A program made the position numbers and the translations under genes. A stretch of 18,002 nucleotides of DNA from a virus: the UHGV virus genome UHGV-0701411. One strand, given 5' to 3'. The notes under the pieces were generated by a model that was given only the letters and a program-made list of their open reading frames with translations, was not told where the DNA came from and ran no database searches. Positions 14,739 through 18,002 of this stretch are shown piece by piece (position 1 is the stretch's first letter; every line of letters begins with the position of its first letter).

Positions 14739-14765
14739 CCTATTCAAAGTTTGGATATTCGCAAA

Positions 14766-16025
14766 ATGCCAAAACTAACAGACATGCAGATCCGCGCATG
14801 GATTAAGAGCGGAGAGCGATTCGAGGGGCGGGCAGACGGTAACGGTTTATACCTACGTTACCGTGAAGCCGACAAAACCCCCACATGGAGATTCCGCTAT
14901 AAACTCGCAGGGAAGTCCCGCGCCATGCTAATTGGTTCGTATAGCGAGATATCACTATCAAAGGCCAGAGAGACAGCCAAAGAGCTGTCAGCCAGAGTTG
15001 CTCTTGGCTATGACGTAGCAGCAGAGAAACAGGAACGAAAAGCTGAAGCACTGGCAAAAATGGAGGCTGAGAAAAACGCCATGCGTGTTTCAGATCTGGC
15101 CTCCGAATACTTCGAGCGCCAGATACTTCCGAGATGGAAACATCCCGATATCCTTCGCCGGAGAATTGATAAGGATATTAACCCCTGCATTGGGCATATG
15201 AAGGTAGAGGACGTTAAGCCACGCCACATTGACGACATGTTGAAAGGTATCGTTGACCGAGGAGCACCAACGATAGCAACAGATGTATTACGCTGGACAC
15301 GCCGTATCTTTGACTACGGGATAAAACGCCACGCTCTGGAGATAAACCCTTGTTCAGCGTTTGAAGTATCTGATGCTGGTGGTAAAGAGGTTTCCCGCGA
15401 CCGTTGGCTAACTCGCGATGAGCTTATCAGGCTATTCGAGGCTATGCGCACCGCAAAAGGATTCAGCCGCCAGAACGAACTGACATTTAAGCTATTGCTG
15501 GCACTATGCGTTCGTAAGATGGAGTTATGCGCCGCACGATGGGAAGAGTTTGATTTAGATGGTGCGGTATGGCATTTGCCGGAAGAACGCAGCAAAAACG
15601 GAGACCCTATTGATATACCTCTACCTTCTCCAGCCGTTGAATGGTTGAGAGAACTACACACCTTTTCATGTAATAGCGCATGGGTGCTTCCAGCCAGGAA
15701 GATGCAAAACAGAATGATCCCACATATTCAGGAAAGCACTTTGCCCGTAGCACTGGCTAAGGTTCGCGCCGAAATGCCGGATGTGCCTAATTTCACGATT
15801 CACGACTTCCGACGCACCGCACGTACTCATTTAGCAGCGTTGGGCGTTGATCCGGTAGTCGCAGAAAGATGCCTTAATCACAAAATTAAAGGTGTGGAGG
15901 GTATCTATAACCGTCACCAGTATTTTGATGAGCGTAAAGCGGCGCTGGCGCAGTGGTGTGATTTGCTGGTGGCACTGGAGCGCGGCGAAGAATACAACGT
16001 GACGCCTATCAGAAAGGCAAAGTAA
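14766..16025 (+). CDS. Tyrosine site-specific integrase, P4/CP4-57 type (419 aa; alternative starts 14706 or 14625)
   Basis: N-terminus MPKLTDMQIRAWIK...GLYLRY...WRFRYK matches the P4-type Int N-terminal pattern. C-terminal catalytic signature HDFRRTARTHL ... Y. The track ORF begins at 14625 but overlaps the terminator hairpin, so a downstream start is preferred. Confidence 0.93.
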   Translation: MPKLTDMQIRAWIKSGERFEGRADGNGLYLRYREADKTPTWRFRYKLAGKSRAMLIGSYSEISLSKARETAKELSARVALGYDVAAEKQERKAEALAKMEAEKNAMRVSDLASEYFERQILPRWKHPDILRRRIDKDINPCIGHMKVEDVKPRHIDDMLKGIVDRGAPTIATDVLRWTRRIFDYGIKRHALEINPCSAFEVSDAGGKEVSRDRWLTRDELIRLFEAMRTAKGFSRQNELTFKLLLALCVRKMELCAARWEEFDLDGAVWHLPEERSKNGDPIDIPLPSPAVEWLRELHTFSCNSAWVLPARKMQNRMIPHIQESTLPVALAKVRAEMPDVPNFTIHDFRRTARTHLAALGVDPVVAERCLNHKIKGVEGIYNRHQYFDERKAALAQWCDLLVALERGEEYNVTPIRKAK

Positions 16026-16118
16026 CCGAACAGACCGGAACTAGCCCGACGGGGCGAAAAGCGGAAAGCCTTACCGCCTGTTCCGGTCACTCTTTAAGGC
16101 AGCGCGAAAGGTTACGCT

Positions 16119-17000
16119 ATGAGCAAATTGTTCCAGTTCAAAAGTTGGTTGACCATAGAGGAAACCGCAAACAGGTTAAGCACAACACTCGGTGAAAGGG
16201 TATCTGTAGCCGATTGCCTGCAATTGGCTGTAGAAGGCCACATTACAATTTCAGCGATATTGGACGAAGGCCGTTACGCTATCGCTGCTCAAGTCATCAA
16301 AAACTCGCAACGAAGAGTTTTTGAAAAGTGGATTGTTGAAAATACTAACGAAGGTGCGGTAATTAGAACTCCTGCCGGTGATGAATTCTATACCAATGAA
16401 CAATTGGATTATGAATACGAAGATATAGAAAGAGTCAGTGATGTTTTTCGTATTAATCATGGCATATACGATCTACCGATGGTTGGGGCTGAATCTTTAG
16501 ATGTTATGCACGAGTTTGACCTTTCACGCGACAAGGTTCCCCGTGAATTTCACAACATGGAAGGTGCTTTCCTCTTAACAGAATTTGGTCTGGTGAATAT
16601 TCTGAACGCGTTCAATGAATATGCCATCAAGTCAGATGAAAATGGCAAACCTAAACTGTACGACAAAGAATCACAGAGGTTTGTTGACTTTAGCCTCGAT
16701 GGTTATCATCCCTTTTTCTATCCTGCTGATGGGCTGGGTAATGTCGAGTTCGTATTCAGAAAAGAAAATATTGCAGAATTTGAAAAGAAAACACTCAGTG
16801 ATAACAACAGTCTCCTGAACCTCGATGAAAGCCTTTTACTGCTTGGCGCGGTGCTCAACGCTTTAAAGAAAGCCGAACCAACTTCTAAAAGGTGGACACA
16901 AGAAGCCCTCAAAGCAGAAATGCTGGATAGGGGTTTAAAATTAAGCTCCCGCTTACTGGATGAATATTTCTCATCAGCTAACAAATCTTTTAAATCATAA
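16119..17000 (+). CDS. Hypothetical protein (293 aa), AT-rich cargo gene between int and alpA
   Basis: SD GAAAGG 7 nt upstream of ATG 16119. About 42% GC versus about 52% in flanks. No recognisable domain. Confidence 0.8.
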   Translation: MSKLFQFKSWLTIEETANRLSTTLGERVSVADCLQLAVEGHITISAILDEGRYAIAAQVIKNSQRRVFEKWIVENTNEGAVIRTPAGDEFYTNEQLDYEYEDIERVSDVFRINHGIYDLPMVGAESLDVMHEFDLSRDKVPREFHNMEGAFLLTEFGLVNILNAFNEYAIKSDENGKPKLYDKESQRFVDFSLDGYHPFFYPADGLGNVEFVFRKENIAEFEKKTLSDNNSLLNLDESLLLLGAVLNALKKAEPTSKRWTQEALKAEMLDRGLKLSSRLLDEYFSSANKSFKS

Positions 17001-17004
17001 AGAT

Positions 17005-17036
17005 AATTTCGCAACGAAAATCCATTTTTCGTTGCG
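17005..17036 (+). terminator. Perfect inverted repeat TCGCAACGAAAA-N5-TTTTCGTTGCGA; terminator or operator candidate
   Basis: 12-bp stem, 5-nt loop, immediately after the 16119..17000 stop and before alpA. Confidence 0.45.
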
Positions 17037-17105
17037 ATGACATCTAATCCCCCTGCTCACATGATTACCGTAACTTCAACAGCTATCACAGGAGTTACAG
17101 GACAT

Positions 17106-17324
17106 ATGACAGCACATAACGCAGCGCAATCAGCACTTCCTACTACTGGATACATCCGCCGTTTTCGTATGCCGGAACTTCTGGGTGTTTCCATGCCAAC
17201 CATTGACCGCTGGGTTAAGAACGGCACGCTGCCGCGCCCAGTGAAACTCACCGATAACGTGACCGCCTTTGATGCGGTAGAGATTAATAACTGGCTGGCT
17301 GAGCGCCGGGGAAAGGTGGCGTAA
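17106..17324 (+). CDS. alpA: AlpA-family phage transcriptional regulator/excisionase-like protein (start uncertain: 17037, 17061 or 17106)
   Basis: Segment IRRFRMPELLGVSMPTIDRWVKNGTLPRPVKL...AFDAVEINNWLAER matches the AlpA/Vis-type MerR-like HTH pattern. Position after int is as in CP4-57. Confidence 0.75.
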   Translation: MTAHNAAQSALPTTGYIRRFRMPELLGVSMPTIDRWVKNGTLPRPVKLTDNVTAFDAVEINNWLAERRGKVA

Positions 17325-17758
17325 TGAAAAAGAAAAACCGCCCCGTACAGCAGGCGGCTAACTCAGATATTCGCACGTCTGATATTACGCCGACCACCAG
17401 CCCGGTACAAGTACCTAAGCGTACCCCAAAGAAACACCGCGCCCGCGTCTATATGCTGCGTACTGGTATAGAGGGATGGACAGAAAATGACATTCTTCGC
17501 TACTGCCGTCTGTCTTCTGGTCGTAACTATGCAACAGAGTTAGAACGCCAGCTTGGAATCACTCTGGAGCGTATCGACGAAAAGAATCCTGATGGTATCG
17601 GAACACACCTTCGCTACCGTTTCTCCTGCCGTGGTGATGTTCTGAAAGTGATCACTCATGTTAACCATCTTGCGAACATAAATGATCACAACGGACTTTC
17701 TCAGCAGGAAATTGCCGACATTCTGAAACTCTACCCGGACGCGTTTAACGCCGCCTAA
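17324..17758 (+). CDS. Hypothetical protein (144 aa) with basic N-terminus
   Basis: ATG 17324 overlaps the alpA stop (TAATG), indicating coupling; no family recognised with confidence. Confidence 0.65.
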   Translation: MKKKNRPVQQAANSDIRTSDITPTTSPVQVPKRTPKKHRARVYMLRTGIEGWTENDILRYCRLSSGRNYATELERQLGITLERIDEKNPDGIGTHLRYRFSCRGDVLKVITHVNHLANINDHNGLSQQEIADILKLYPDAFNAA

Positions 17759-17770
17759 CGGAGACTGAAA

Positions 17771-18002
17771 ATGAACATCGAAAAAAGCAGATTAATTTCT
17801 GAGGCTGCCCCTCATCTGAACGCCTCTCTGGGCACAATTAACGGTAATGAATTTGCCGCAATTGTCCCGGTTATTCCTGGTCATATCGGTGGGCGTGAAA
17901 CCAATATTGTTAGCGCAAAAGCGTTACACAAAGCGTTGGGCGTGGGAAAAGACTTCTCTACATGGATCACTGATCGCATCTCTGAATATGACTTCACCAT
18001 TG
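17771..18002 (+). CDS. Phage antirepressor-like protein (AntA/Bro-N-type N-terminal domain), 3' end outside window
   Basis: SD GGAGA upstream of ATG 17771. Motif SAKALHKALGVGKDFSTWITDRISEY resembles the antirepressor N-terminal domain; the ORF is open to the window end. Confidence 0.55.
   Translation, partial: MNIEKSRLISEAAPHLNASLGTINGNEFAAIVPVIPGHIGGRETNIVSAKALHKALGVGKDFSTWITDRISEYDFTI

Larger units (their letters stand above)
14450..18002 (+). mobile_element. Left end (att-like repeats, int, cargo, alpA, antirepressor) of a CP4-57/P4-like integrative element
   Basis: Gene order att-like repeats, int, cargo, alpA mirrors known P4/CP4-57-type islands. No tRNA gene is seen at the junction. 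Confidence 0.6.

Noticed and set aside
14803-15661. Minus-strand ORFs antisense to the integrase
   Set aside because: The integrase frame has the catalytic signature; the antisense ORFs are Ser/Arg-rich artefacts.
1-18002. CRISPR array, rRNA or intact tRNA genes
   Set aside because: No regularly spaced identical direct repeats with unique spacers, no rRNA-like conserved stretches and no cloverleaf-compatible tRNA sequence found on visual scan; a tRNA-scan program could confirm.

Overview
This window reads as Enterobacteriaceae-type accessory DNA built from P4/CP4-57-like integrative (satellite-type) modules, with no rRNA, tRNA or CRISPR array visible by eye. Everything below is from reading the sequence and ORF track; no database search or computation was run, so family names are recalled motifs, not hits. 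Layout: (1) 1..5193, the 3' part of a P4-like regulation/replication operon: small translationally coupled ORFs ending in an alpha-type primase-helicase (2842..5193). (2) 5224..6437, two clusters of CCTGTACCACCT iteron-like repeats bracketing a two-gene module of unknown function. (3) 6891..10679, the central cargo and my best candidate for an undescribed system: a promoter with a LexA-box-like CTGT-N8-ACAG palindrome, a 57-aa RHH-like ORF, and two large coupled Ala/Gln/Gly-rich proteins (488 and 701 aa) that I cannot place in any family. (4) 10741..14351, an AT-rich secreted-protein gene, a repeat-rich intergenic region with palindromic GTACGCGCGC motifs, and a regulatory cluster (RHH regulator, PerC-like, pRiA4b ORF-3-like). 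(5) 14470..18002, att-arm-like repeats and a terminator, then a tyrosine integrase, an AT-rich unknown gene, AlpA and an antirepressor-like partial gene, i.e. the left end of a second CP4-57-like element. The arrangement suggests tandem accretion of elements.
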